Positions 9,220 through 17,218 of a DNA stretch of 64,000 nt are shown piece by piece (within the stretch, counting starts at the first letter, position 1; the number at the start of each line of letters is the position of its first letter). The notes beneath the pieces were generated by a model. That model did not search any database, was not told the DNA's origin, and worked only from the letters and a program-made list of their open reading frames with translations. This stretch comes from Bacteroidota bacterium (GTDB lineage: Bacteria; Bacteroidota; Bacteroidia; Chitinophagales; JADIYW01). Location: contig CAUJCO010000007.1 of the NCBI GenBank assembly GCA_963169645.1, positions 13,803 through 77,802 of the forward strand. Reading direction: 5' to 3'. Made by a program: the position numbers and the translations under genes.

Positions 9220-10215
9220 TCACAACGGATTTTCTGCCAACTTACCTTTTAATCGGTTAATGACATTTATTTCGATTGCATCAACACCTTTTAATTCGGC
9301 TAAATAAAAAGAAACCCAATCTGTCAGATGAATTAAATAAATACTACGCACTAAATCGTGGTCACCTTTAGAGTAGATTTCAACAATATCATTCGTGTAT
9401 TGGCTCACAACATCTTTGGTAAATTCCATCCGTTCTTGGTTGCGTTCAAAATCTTTATTATTTCGAATAAAAACAACAGCAATATGCTCATTTTTTTCAC
9501 GCCAACCTACTAATTCATTGTGGTTCATTTCGGGCACAACGTGGTGCCAACACAGCATTTTTGAATTTTCATTTATCTGCTGACGAAAGCGAATAGAAAC
9601 ACCTTCAAACTTAGCATCCGAATAGATAACCGGAATTTTGCCGTTTAATTTTTCTGCAATTGATTTTGCTTGAGTTTTAATTTCTTCTTCTTCTGCATCC
9701 AATAAAGCAGTTGCTAATTTTAAATACGATTTAAATCCATTTTCCAATAAACCTAAATGAAATAAAATATATAGCAATTGAACAAAAGATTGACCGAATG
9801 CTGAACGTGGTGGTGCACCACCTTCTATCAATACATAATCAATATCATTGGTATCTGCATATTCTTGAATTAAACCTCCAGACGTAATACATACAATTTG
9901 TGCATTTTTCTTAAATGCCTGCATCAATGCAGATAAAGTTTCTTCCGTATTTCCGGAATACGATGAAATAATTACCAACGTATTTTCATTTACAAATGCC
10001 GGAATTTGATATTCTTTATTTACGATAATTGGAACAGCGATATCATCTCTTAAAACATTAGACAAAATTGTGCCCCCAATTCCTGAACCACCTAAACCCG
10101 AAATCAGAATGTTACGAATTGGAAATTTACTTTTACCTATTTTTGCATTCTCTCCTATCTCTATCGCTCGTTGAATTTGAGCAGAAAAACCTTGTATTAA
10201 TTCATCCATTTTCAT
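9220..10215 (-). CDS. SIS-domain bifunctional phosphoglucose/phosphomannose isomerase family protein
   Basis: SIS motifs ISGLGGSGIGG and IISSYSGNTEET. The ORF-track start 10248 is TTG, and ATGs at 10215/10209 (MKMDELIQ) are preferred. Confidence 0.7.
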   Translation of the reverse strand: MKMDELIQGFSAQIQRAIEIGENAKIGKSKFPIRNILISGLGGSGIGGTILSNVLRDDIAVPIIVNKEYQIPAFVNENTLVIISSYSGNTEETLSALMQAFKKNAQIVCITSGGLIQEYADTNDIDYVLIEGGAPPRSAFGQSFVQLLYILFHLGLLENGFKSYLKLATALLDAEEEEIKTQAKSIAEKLNGKIPVIYSDAKFEGVSIRFRQQINENSKMLCWHHVVPEMNHNELVGWREKNEHIAVVFIRNNKDFERNQERMEFTKDVVSQYTNDIVEIYSKGDHDLVRSIYLIHLTDWVSFYLAELKGVDAIEINVINRLKGKLAENPL

Positions 10216-10295
10216 AAAAAAATTTATAATTAGATTGTAAAAAAACAAAAAAATTATCAGAACTCATAAATATCTATCTTTATCGACAAATAAAT

Positions 10296-10640
10296 ATGAA
10301 ACAGACATCTAAATTAGGTGAATTTGGCGAAAAATTAGCACAAGAATATCTAAAACAGAAAGCTTATGTTATTTTACACCACAATTGGCGAAATAAGCAC
10401 GCCGAAATTGATTTAATTGCTCAAGATGGCGAACAAATAGTTTTTATTGAAGTAAAATATAGAACGAAAACAAGCTTTGGAACACCGGAAACGTTTGTAT
10501 CTGCCAATAAAATTCGGAAAATGCAAGAAGCTGCATCGACTTATATTGAACAGTTCAATTGGAAAGGCGAATTACGTTTTGATATCATTGCCATCAACAA
10601 CAAAAATGAAATTGTACATTTTGAAGACGCTTTTTATTGA
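10296..10640 (+). CDS. YraN family (UPF0102) endonuclease-like protein
   Basis: 114 aa with GEKLAQEYLKQKAY.IL..NWR....EIDLIAQDGE.IVFIEVKYR, a typical YraN pattern. Confidence 0.85.
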   Translation: MKQTSKLGEFGEKLAQEYLKQKAYVILHHNWRNKHAEIDLIAQDGEQIVFIEVKYRTKTSFGTPETFVSANKIRKMQEAASTYIEQFNWKGELRFDIIAINNKNEIVHFEDAFY

Positions 10641-10667
10641 CAAATATTATCCTTTCGATTTTTTTAT

Positions 10668-10675
10668 TACTTTTG
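10668..10675 (+). promoter_or_regulatory. Bacteroidota -7 promoter box (TACTTTTG)
   Basis: Exact TAnnTTTG, with its G exactly 17 nt upstream of the prfB ATG (10692). Confidence 0.5.
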
Positions 10676-10691
10676 CAATCACATTTATTTT

Positions 10692-11772
10692 ATGACTAAC
10701 GAACAATATAAAACACTTCTGGAAAGAGTTGCCTCTTTCGGAAGATATCTTTGACGTCGCTAACAAAATAGAACAAATAAAAGACGACGAAGCCAAAACT
10801 TTAGCTCCTGACTTTTGGAACGACCAACTCAAAGCACAAGCTTTGATGAAGGAAATTAAGCAAAATAAACATTGGGTATCGCTATACAAAAGTGTAGAAA
10901 CAAAACTCAATGATTTAAATGTATTGCGTGAATTCCAAGAATTAGGCGAGGTAAGTGAAGAAGAAATCGACGCACAATATCAACTTATTGTGGATGAGTT
11001 GGATGAGAACGAATTCAAATCAACGCTGCGAAAAGAAGAAGATAATTTAAGTGCCATTATCGAAATAAACGCCGGAGCCGGCGGCACAGAAGCGTGCGAT
11101 TGGGCTTCGATGTTAATGCGTATGTACACGATGTGGGCAAATAAAAATGGCTACAAAATTACTGAGTTAGATTATCAAGCAGGTGATGTTGCCGGAATAA
11201 AATCCGTGGCTTTAGAAATTGATGGCGATTTTGCATTTGGCATGTTGAAAGGTGAAAATGGTGTGCATCGTTTGGTGCGGGTATCTCCTTTTAATGCACA
11301 AGGGAAACGCATGACGTCCTTTTGTTCGGTATTTGTGCATCCGGTGGTAGATGACACGATTGAAATAGAAATTAATCCGGCTGATTTAGAATGGGATGTT
11401 TTTAGAGCACAAGGTGCCGGCGGACAGCACGTAAATAAAACTGAATCTGCCGTGCGGGTGCGACATTTGCCAAGTGGAATTGTATGCGAGTGCCAAACAC
11501 AACGCTCACAAATACAAAACCGAGAAACCGCATTAAAAATGCTGAAATCAAAATTGTATGAAGCTGAATTGCAGAAACAATTGGAAGCACGAGATGCCAT
11601 TGAAGCACAAAAAATGAAAAACGAATGGGGTTCGCAAATACGCAGTTATGTATTAGATGACAGATGGGTGAAAGACTTGCGTACAAACTATAAAGTAACC
11701 AATCCGGATAATGTTTTGGATGGCGATTTAAACGGATTTTTTAAAGCCTATCTATTACACAAAAGCGAATAA
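10692..11772 (+). CDS. prfB: peptide chain release factor 2, programmed +1 frameshift: join(10692..10751,10753..11772)
   Basis: ATG 10692 reads MTNEQYKTLLERVASFGRYL and then an in-frame TGA at 10752. The +1 frame continues DVANKIEQ... into the long ORF 10729..11772, which carries the SPF (VSPFNAQGKR) and GGQ (GAGGQHVNK) motifs. Confidence 0.95.
10749..10755 (+). other. RF2 autoregulatory +1 frameshift site CTT TGA C
   Basis: The canonical heptamer CUU UGA C is seen directly. CTT is 10749-10751, TGA is 10752-10754 and C is 10755. Confidence 0.9.
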
Positions 11773-11785
11773 TTGAAGCAGTATT

Positions 11786-11941
11786 TTGGACGAAGAATAC
11801 ATTGAACATATTGATTATTACATCGACGAAAATGGCTATTGGGTTTTCACCAAAATCTATCATTTAAAGCTTGGATATTGCTGTGGCAATGGTTGCAAAC
11901 ATTGTCCTTGGAAAGAAGATGAAAATGAAAAATTAGTTTAA
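11786..11941 (+). CDS. small Cys-rich protein, DUF5522-like (not in ORF track)
   Basis: 51 codons starting 14 nt after the prfB stop: (TTG)DEEYIEHIDYYIDENGYWVFTKIYHLKLGYCCGNGCKHCPWKEDENEKLV. There is no in-frame ATG, a TGA stop lies 4 codons upstream, and the start is TTG at 11786 (or ATT at 11783). The GYCCGNGC.HCP motif matches my memory of DUF5522. Confidence 0.55.
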   Translation: MDEEYIEHIDYYIDENGYWVFTKIYHLKLGYCCGNGCKHCPWKEDENEKLV

Positions 11942-11944
11942 AAA

Positions 11945-12994
11945 TCACTTCTCTTTTTGTGTTCCTAACAACCTTACGATAACTTCTGTTCCTTCTATTT
12001 GACTTAATATTACTTTGGTTAATACCATCAGCGGAACAGATAAAAACATGCCATAAATTCCCCAAAGATATCCCCAAAATAACAAACCGGTGATGATGGC
12101 AATGGTATTTAAGGAAGTTCTGTTTCCCATAAAAATAGGTTCTATCACAGATGCTAAAATAAAATGGTATGCATAAGAAATTACCAATAATGAAATGGTT
12201 GTATAAACAGAATCAAATTGGATTAAACTCATAATAAATACTGGCACTAAACCGACAATTGCACCAAATACCGGAAAGAAATTTAAAATGAAACCAACAA
12301 ATCCCCAGAAAAAAGCAAACTGTAATCCAAATATCCAACATATCAGAGTAACACCTAAACCATACAGCAAGCTGATAATTAATTTCACTTTCATGTAAGA
12401 AACTATGGAACTTTTTACTTCTTCAAATGCTTGTATGTACTTATCACTTTTTCCTTCGCCACCTAAGTATGTCAGATAGGTTTCATATTTCATTATTCCG
12501 GATAAAATCAATACTAAATAAATTGCGGTCAATAAAAATTCTTCGAAGGTGGTGCCTAATTTTCCAAAAAAAGAAGTGGAATTATCCATAATAAATTCAG
12601 AAGATATGCTGGAAATTATCTTATCTGAAATGGCTTCTAAATTTAATTCTTTGCCTGTAAATTTATTGTATGCTTGTAACAATCCGGCTGATTTTTCTTG
12701 CACTTGTGCGATGATATATTCTTTCTCCGAAAAAATTTCACTACCTGTTTTATAGGTAAATGCCATAACTATGAAGAATAATAAAAACAAGAAAATCCAA
12801 ATAATACTTACACTTAACCACAATGGAAACTTACGTTTTTCGAACCACACTAATGCCGGTTGCATCAACAACGCTATAAACATAGCTAAAATTAATGGCA
12901 CTAATAATTCTTGTAATAAATGTAATAAAAACAACACCGTAATGCAGGTAAAGAAAATTAAGATGATGCGTATTGTGGCAATATCTTTATTCAT
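11945..12994 (-). CDS. AI-2E family (PerM/UPF0118) transporter
   Basis: Multi-pass membrane protein of about 350 aa with AI-2E-like topology. The ATG at 12994 (MNKDIATIR) abuts the corA stop. The ORF-track extension to 13036 would overlap corA. Confidence 0.8.
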   Translation of the reverse strand: MNKDIATIRIILIFFTCITVLFLLHLLQELLVPLILAMFIALLMQPALVWFEKRKFPLWLSVSIIWIFLFLLFFIVMAFTYKTGSEIFSEKEYIIAQVQEKSAGLLQAYNKFTGKELNLEAISDKIISSISSEFIMDNSTSFFGKLGTTFEEFLLTAIYLVLILSGIMKYETYLTYLGGEGKSDKYIQAFEEVKSSIVSYMKVKLIISLLYGLGVTLICWIFGLQFAFFWGFVGFILNFFPVFGAIVGLVPVFIMSLIQFDSVYTTISLLVISYAYHFILASVIEPIFMGNRTSLNTIAIITGLLFWGYLWGIYGMFLSVPLMVLTKVILSQIEGTEVIVRLLGTQKEK

Positions 12995-12995
12995 T

Positions 12996-13946
12996 TTACA
13001 ACCATCTTTTCTTTCTAAAATAAAAAACAAATGCAAACGAACACAGCACGCTCAAGGTAACCACTATGGTAAACGCATGTACGTGATGCTGGAAAGGCAA
13101 ATCGATATTCATGCCATATATTCCGGCTATTAAAGTTGGCAACATCAATGCAATGGTAACAGCGGTAAGTCGATTTACGACATGCCCTAAGTTATTTGAA
13201 ATGATAGATGCAAATGCACCCATCATATTTCCCAAAATGTTTGAGTACACGTTTGCCATTTCTAACGCTTGTGAATTATCAATTAAAATATCTTCAAACT
13301 TGTCTTTGGCAATTTTATCGTCTTTTATTTCTAAAAAATCATTCCGTTGAATTTTAAGCAACACCATTTCATCCGCTCTCAAATCGTTTACAAAATAAAT
13401 TAAGGCTTTTTGCAAATGCAATAATTTATTTAATTCTTGATTGCGACTGGAATAATTTAATTCTTTTTCAATTTGTGAAATGCGTTTATTTATTTCTCTT
13501 AAATAATGTAAGAAATAATAAATATTGCGTTCAAAAATGCGAATTACAAAATCTGTTCTGTTTTGTAAATCTAAATTTTTATGAATATTACGCTCAAACC
13601 ATTCTATCAACGGATTATTTACAGAGCAAACGGTAACAATCATATTCGGTATTAAAATAATACCAACCGGAATGGTAATATAAGTTGCTTCGTCTTCTAA
13701 GTCAAAACCTTCATTTAAAATGGGCGTATTGATTACGATTAATTTAGAATCATCTTGCTTTTCGTAGCGAGAACGCTCAAATTGGTCAATACAATCGACA
13801 ATATATGAAAATGGGATTTGGTGTTCTTTAGCGAATTGCTCCAATTGTCCCATATTAAAAGGTGGTGCAATATTTATCCAACAATCATTTTCTGTTTGCT
13901 GAATGATTTGCAACTCATTTCCTACTTTCTTATAGATGTTTATCAT
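12996..13946 (-). CDS. corA: CorA family magnesium/cobalt transporter
   Basis: 316 aa with two C-terminal TM helices and the GIYGMNIDLPF (YGMN) motif. Confidence 0.85.
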   Translation of the reverse strand: MINIYKKVGNELQIIQQTENDCWINIAPPFNMGQLEQFAKEHQIPFSYIVDCIDQFERSRYEKQDDSKLIVINTPILNEGFDLEDEATYITIPVGIILIPNMIVTVCSVNNPLIEWFERNIHKNLDLQNRTDFVIRIFERNIYYFLHYLREINKRISQIEKELNYSSRNQELNKLLHLQKALIYFVNDLRADEMVLLKIQRNDFLEIKDDKIAKDKFEDILIDNSQALEMANVYSNILGNMMGAFASIISNNLGHVVNRLTAVTIALMLPTLIAGIYGMNIDLPFQHHVHAFTIVVTLSVLCSFAFVFYFRKKRWL

Positions 13947-13949
13947 CGA

Positions 13950-14729
13950 TTAACCTAAATTAATGGAGCCCGAAAACACAAAAGTAGCCGGACCTATCAA
14001 CCAAATATCGGAATAAGAATTGAGATTTTTTTGAAATGATACTGACAATTTTCCACCAGGTGTTTGGATGTCTATTTTTCCGGAATCTAAATTATTTTTT
14101 TGAGCTACACTCAATGCCACAGCAACGGTTCCTGTTCCGCAAGATAATGTTTCGTCTTCCACACCGCGTTCGTATGTACGCATCTTAATGGTATCATTGT
14201 GTTGTTCAACAAAATTCACGTTTATACCTTTTGCTGCATACGTAGTATTATAGCGTATTTTATGTGCTTCGTCTAGTAGGTTAATATTGTCGATATCCGT
14301 GCGAAAACTGACATAGTGCGGTGAGCCTGTAAACAATACACAATCTGAATTTTCAATAGTAATTTCTTGCACATCTATCATTTTAAGATGCACGATATTA
14401 TCTTCAATTTTATATGCATGTTCACCATCTATTGCTATAAAAATACCTTGTTCTTTTACAATGCCTAATTTATGTGCAAAAGCGGTAATGCATCTTCCAC
14501 CATTACCACACATGGTACTTTCGTTTCCATCAGCATTATAATACACCATTTTAAAATCGGCATTTTCAGCATTTTCTAACAACATCAAACCATCTGCACC
14601 AATCCCAAATTTTCTGTCACAAAGTTGGTTTATGAATGCCGTATTTTCTTTTGGGAAACGCAGTGTTCTGTTATCTATAATAACAAAATCATTTCCTGTG
14701 CCTTGGTATTTATAAAAATCAAATTGCAT
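13950..14729 (-). CDS. dapF: diaminopimelate epimerase
   Basis: N-terminus YQGTGNDFVIID, with the two catalytic Cys contexts MCGNGGRC and LSCGTGTVA. Confidence 0.93.
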   Translation of the reverse strand: MQFDFYKYQGTGNDFVIIDNRTLRFPKENTAFINQLCDRKFGIGADGLMLLENAENADFKMVYYNADGNESTMCGNGGRCITAFAHKLGIVKEQGIFIAIDGEHAYKIEDNIVHLKMIDVQEITIENSDCVLFTGSPHYVSFRTDIDNINLLDEAHKIRYNTTYAAKGINVNFVEQHNDTIKMRTYERGVEDETLSCGTGTVAVALSVAQKNNLDSGKIDIQTPGGKLSVSFQKNLNSYSDIWLIGPATFVFSGSINLG

Positions 14730-14733
14730 GCAT

Positions 14734-14741
14734 CAAAAGTA
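14734..14741 (-). promoter_or_regulatory. Bacteroidota -7 promoter box (TACTTTTG on minus strand)
   Basis: Exact TAnnTTTG whose G is only 5 nt upstream of the dapF ATG (14729), which implies a leaderless or nearly leaderless mRNA. Confidence 0.4.
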
Positions 14742-14864
14742 CATCATTACTTTAATATTAAATGGAAAATAGAGTTAACTTTTTTTAACCAGCTATGAAA
14801 AAACTTTGCTCCTTAATTTTGTTGAAAGGAATATATTTTGCTATAAACTTTAAAAATTCATCGT

Positions 14865-16358
14865 ATGAAAAAAATCGTTTCTTACTTTATCATCGGCATT
14901 ATTAGTACAATTTCCACCTTGGCTGTTGTTCATTATTTTAATAAAGATGACAGCAGTGTATTTACAAATAATAACGCATCCAATACACCTTTTAAATTAG
15001 CCAGCTATAATGGCAATTTACCAAATGATGCATTTATTGGTGCAGCGAAAATGAGTACACCGGCAGTAGTGCATATCAACACAAAAATTAAAATTAAAAA
15101 GCAAAAAAACGACCCGAGATATATGAATCCTTTCTATCAATTTTTTGGTGATCCGTTTGGAAATTCACCATACGATATGCCGCAACAAGATCAAGAAGCA
15201 TCCGGTTCCGGTGTAATTATTAGTAATGATGGATATATAGTTACAAACAACCATGTAATTGATGGTGCAGATGAAATAAATGTAAGTTTGTACGACAACC
15301 ATGAATACAAAGCAAAACTAATTGGTAGCGATCCTAATACGGATTTGGCAGTAATAAAAATTGACGCATCCAACTTAAACTATCTAACATTCGCTAATTC
15401 CGATGAAGTACAAATCGGGCAATGGGTGTTAGCAGTAGGAAATCCGTTTAACTTAGCATCAACAGTAACAGCAGGAATAGTATCCGCCAAAACACGTAAT
15501 ATTAATATATTAAGAGAAAAAGCCGGAAACACAGCTATAGAATCGTTTATACAAACAGATGCTGCCGTTAATCCGGGAAACAGTGGCGGTGCATTGGTGG
15601 ATTTGAATGGTAATTTAATCGGCATTAACTCAGCAATAGCAACGCCAACAGGCTCATATGCAGGTTATTCGTTTGCCATACCATCTAATTTAGCACAAAA
15701 AGTGGTAAAAGATATTGTAGATTATGGCATTGTGCAACGCGGGTTTTTAGGAGTTAGTATTCGCGAAGTTGATGCAGAATTAGCAAAAGATTTAAAACTA
15801 AGCGAGATAAAAGGTGCTTATATTGCTGACGTAAATAAATATAGTGCTGCCGAAGAAAGTGGTGTAAAACGAGGTGATGTAATTTTGAAAATTGGAAATG
15901 CCGACATAAAAAACACAGCCGATTTACAAGAACACGTTGCGCGTTACAGACCCGGCGACAAAATAAAAGTAGAGTTATTTAGAGATGGCAATGTTATAAC
16001 AAAAGATGTCATATTAAAATCAAAAGAAAATAAAACTGCTTTGTTAAATAAAGAAGATGTACCGAAAACTGGCGATGTATTGGAAAACTTAGGCATACAA
16101 GTAGCAGAACTCAGCAATTTGGAAGCTAAAAAAATGGGTATTTCGGGCGGATTAAGCGTAACTAAAATAAACGATGGAATCATAAAGCAAAACACCAACA
16201 TGCAAGTAGGTTTTATTATTATCGGAGTAAATAATAGAGCCGTATCCAAAAAACAAGATTTAATAGATTTAATAAATGACAATAAAGGAAACGGCATTTT
16301 ATTGCAAGGAAAATATCCGGATCAAAATGGATTGAAATATTATGCCTTCGGGTATTAA
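14865..16358 (+). CDS. Do/HtrA family periplasmic serine endopeptidase
   Basis: N-terminal anchor, catalytic contexts TNNHV / DLAVIKI / GNSGGALV, and two PDZ-like C-terminal domains. Confidence 0.9.
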   Translation: MKKIVSYFIIGIISTISTLAVVHYFNKDDSSVFTNNNASNTPFKLASYNGNLPNDAFIGAAKMSTPAVVHINTKIKIKKQKNDPRYMNPFYQFFGDPFGNSPYDMPQQDQEASGSGVIISNDGYIVTNNHVIDGADEINVSLYDNHEYKAKLIGSDPNTDLAVIKIDASNLNYLTFANSDEVQIGQWVLAVGNPFNLASTVTAGIVSAKTRNINILREKAGNTAIESFIQTDAAVNPGNSGGALVDLNGNLIGINSAIATPTGSYAGYSFAIPSNLAQKVVKDIVDYGIVQRGFLGVSIREVDAELAKDLKLSEIKGAYIADVNKYSAAEESGVKRGDVILKIGNADIKNTADLQEHVARYRPGDKIKVELFRDGNVITKDVILKSKENKTALLNKEDVPKTGDVLENLGIQVAELSNLEAKKMGISGGLSVTKINDGIIKQNTNMQVGFIIIGVNNRAVSKKQDLIDLINDNKGNGILLQGKYPDQNGLKYYAFGY

Positions 16359-16390
16359 TAATTCAAGAAAGATTCACAGAAACAACAATA

Positions 16391-16420
16391 AAGCCATAAG
16401 TAACATCTTATGGCTTTTTT
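16391..16420 (+). terminator. rho-independent terminator after the HtrA-type gene
   Basis: AAGCCATAAG-TAACAT-CTTATGGCTT with 10-bp arms, running into a T6 tract. Confidence 0.75.
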
Positions 16421-16421
16421 C

Positions 16422-16429
16422 TATTTTTG
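16422..16429 (+). promoter_or_regulatory. Bacteroidota -7 promoter box (TATTTTTG)
   Basis: Exact TAnnTTTG immediately after the terminator, with its G exactly 17 nt upstream of the ATG at 16446. Confidence 0.5.
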
Positions 16430-16445
16430 CATGGAATAAAACTTC

Positions 16446-17156
16446 ATGGCAAACCAATTCTTTCAATTCAAACAATTTAGAATAGACCAAGAAAAATGTG
16501 GCATGAAAGTATGTACTGATTCTTGTTTGTTCGGAGCTTGGATTTCGGTTCCAACAACTGCAAAATCCATATTAGATATTGGCACCGGAACAGGGTTGTT
16601 GAGTTTAATGTTGGCACAAAAAACAAACGCCAATATAACCGGAATTGAAATAGATAATGGAGCCTTTGAACAAACCTATGCGAATTTCAAAAACAGTAGT
16701 TGGAGCAAAAAATTAACGGTGGTTCAAGGCGATGTGCGAACATATCCATTTAATGAAAAATTTGATTTCATTGTATGCAATCCACCATTTTTTAAAGATA
16801 AAATTATTTCCTTTTCGCAAGCAGAAAAAATAGCCAAACATTCCACTCATTTAAATTTAGAAGAATTATTTGCTTCTATTGATAGATTGTTGAATGAAAA
16901 TGGGAAATGTGCTTTATTATTTCCATTTTTTAGAAAACAAGAAATAGAACAACTTGCCATACATTATCATTTTGAAATAGCACAAACTTTTTATTTTAAA
17001 CAAACACCTTCACACGATTATTTTAGATATGCTGTTTTACTTTCCAAAGAAAAAATAGCCGATATAAACCATTTAGCATGCTCCATAAAAAATGCCGACG
17101 ATACCTATTCCGACACGGCGATTGCATTGCTTCAACCATATTATCTATATTTATAA
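16446..17156 (+). CDS. tRNA1(Val) (adenine37-N6)-methyltransferase (YfiC/TrmN6-like)
   Basis: N-terminus FKQFRI.QEKCGMKVCTDS, SAM motif DIGTGTGLLSLM and the NPPFF motif. Confidence 0.75.
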   Translation: MANQFFQFKQFRIDQEKCGMKVCTDSCLFGAWISVPTTAKSILDIGTGTGLLSLMLAQKTNANITGIEIDNGAFEQTYANFKNSSWSKKLTVVQGDVRTYPFNEKFDFIVCNPPFFKDKIISFSQAEKIAKHSTHLNLEELFASIDRLLNENGKCALLFPFFRKQEIEQLAIHYHFEIAQTFYFKQTPSHDYFRYAVLLSKEKIADINHLACSIKNADDTYSDTAIALLQPYYLYL

Positions 17157-17218
17157 GCAGCGAATTAAAATACTTTAAAAATCAAAAAAATCAAGTAACT
17201 TTATATAAACACCAACCT

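Noticed and set aside
11175-11686. 141-aa and 94-aa minus-strand ORFs
   Set aside because: They are entirely antisense to prfB, whose frame carries the SPF and GGQ motifs. They are typical shadow ORFs.
12771-13133. 120-aa plus-strand ORF rich in N/K
   Set aside because: It is antisense to the AI-2E transporter and corA junction, is compositionally biased, and has no motifs.
17078-17218. N-terminal extension of the PhoD ORF overlapping the preceding methyltransferase gene
   Set aside because: The extension has no signal-peptide character, while the ATG at 17219 exposes a canonical signal peptide directly.
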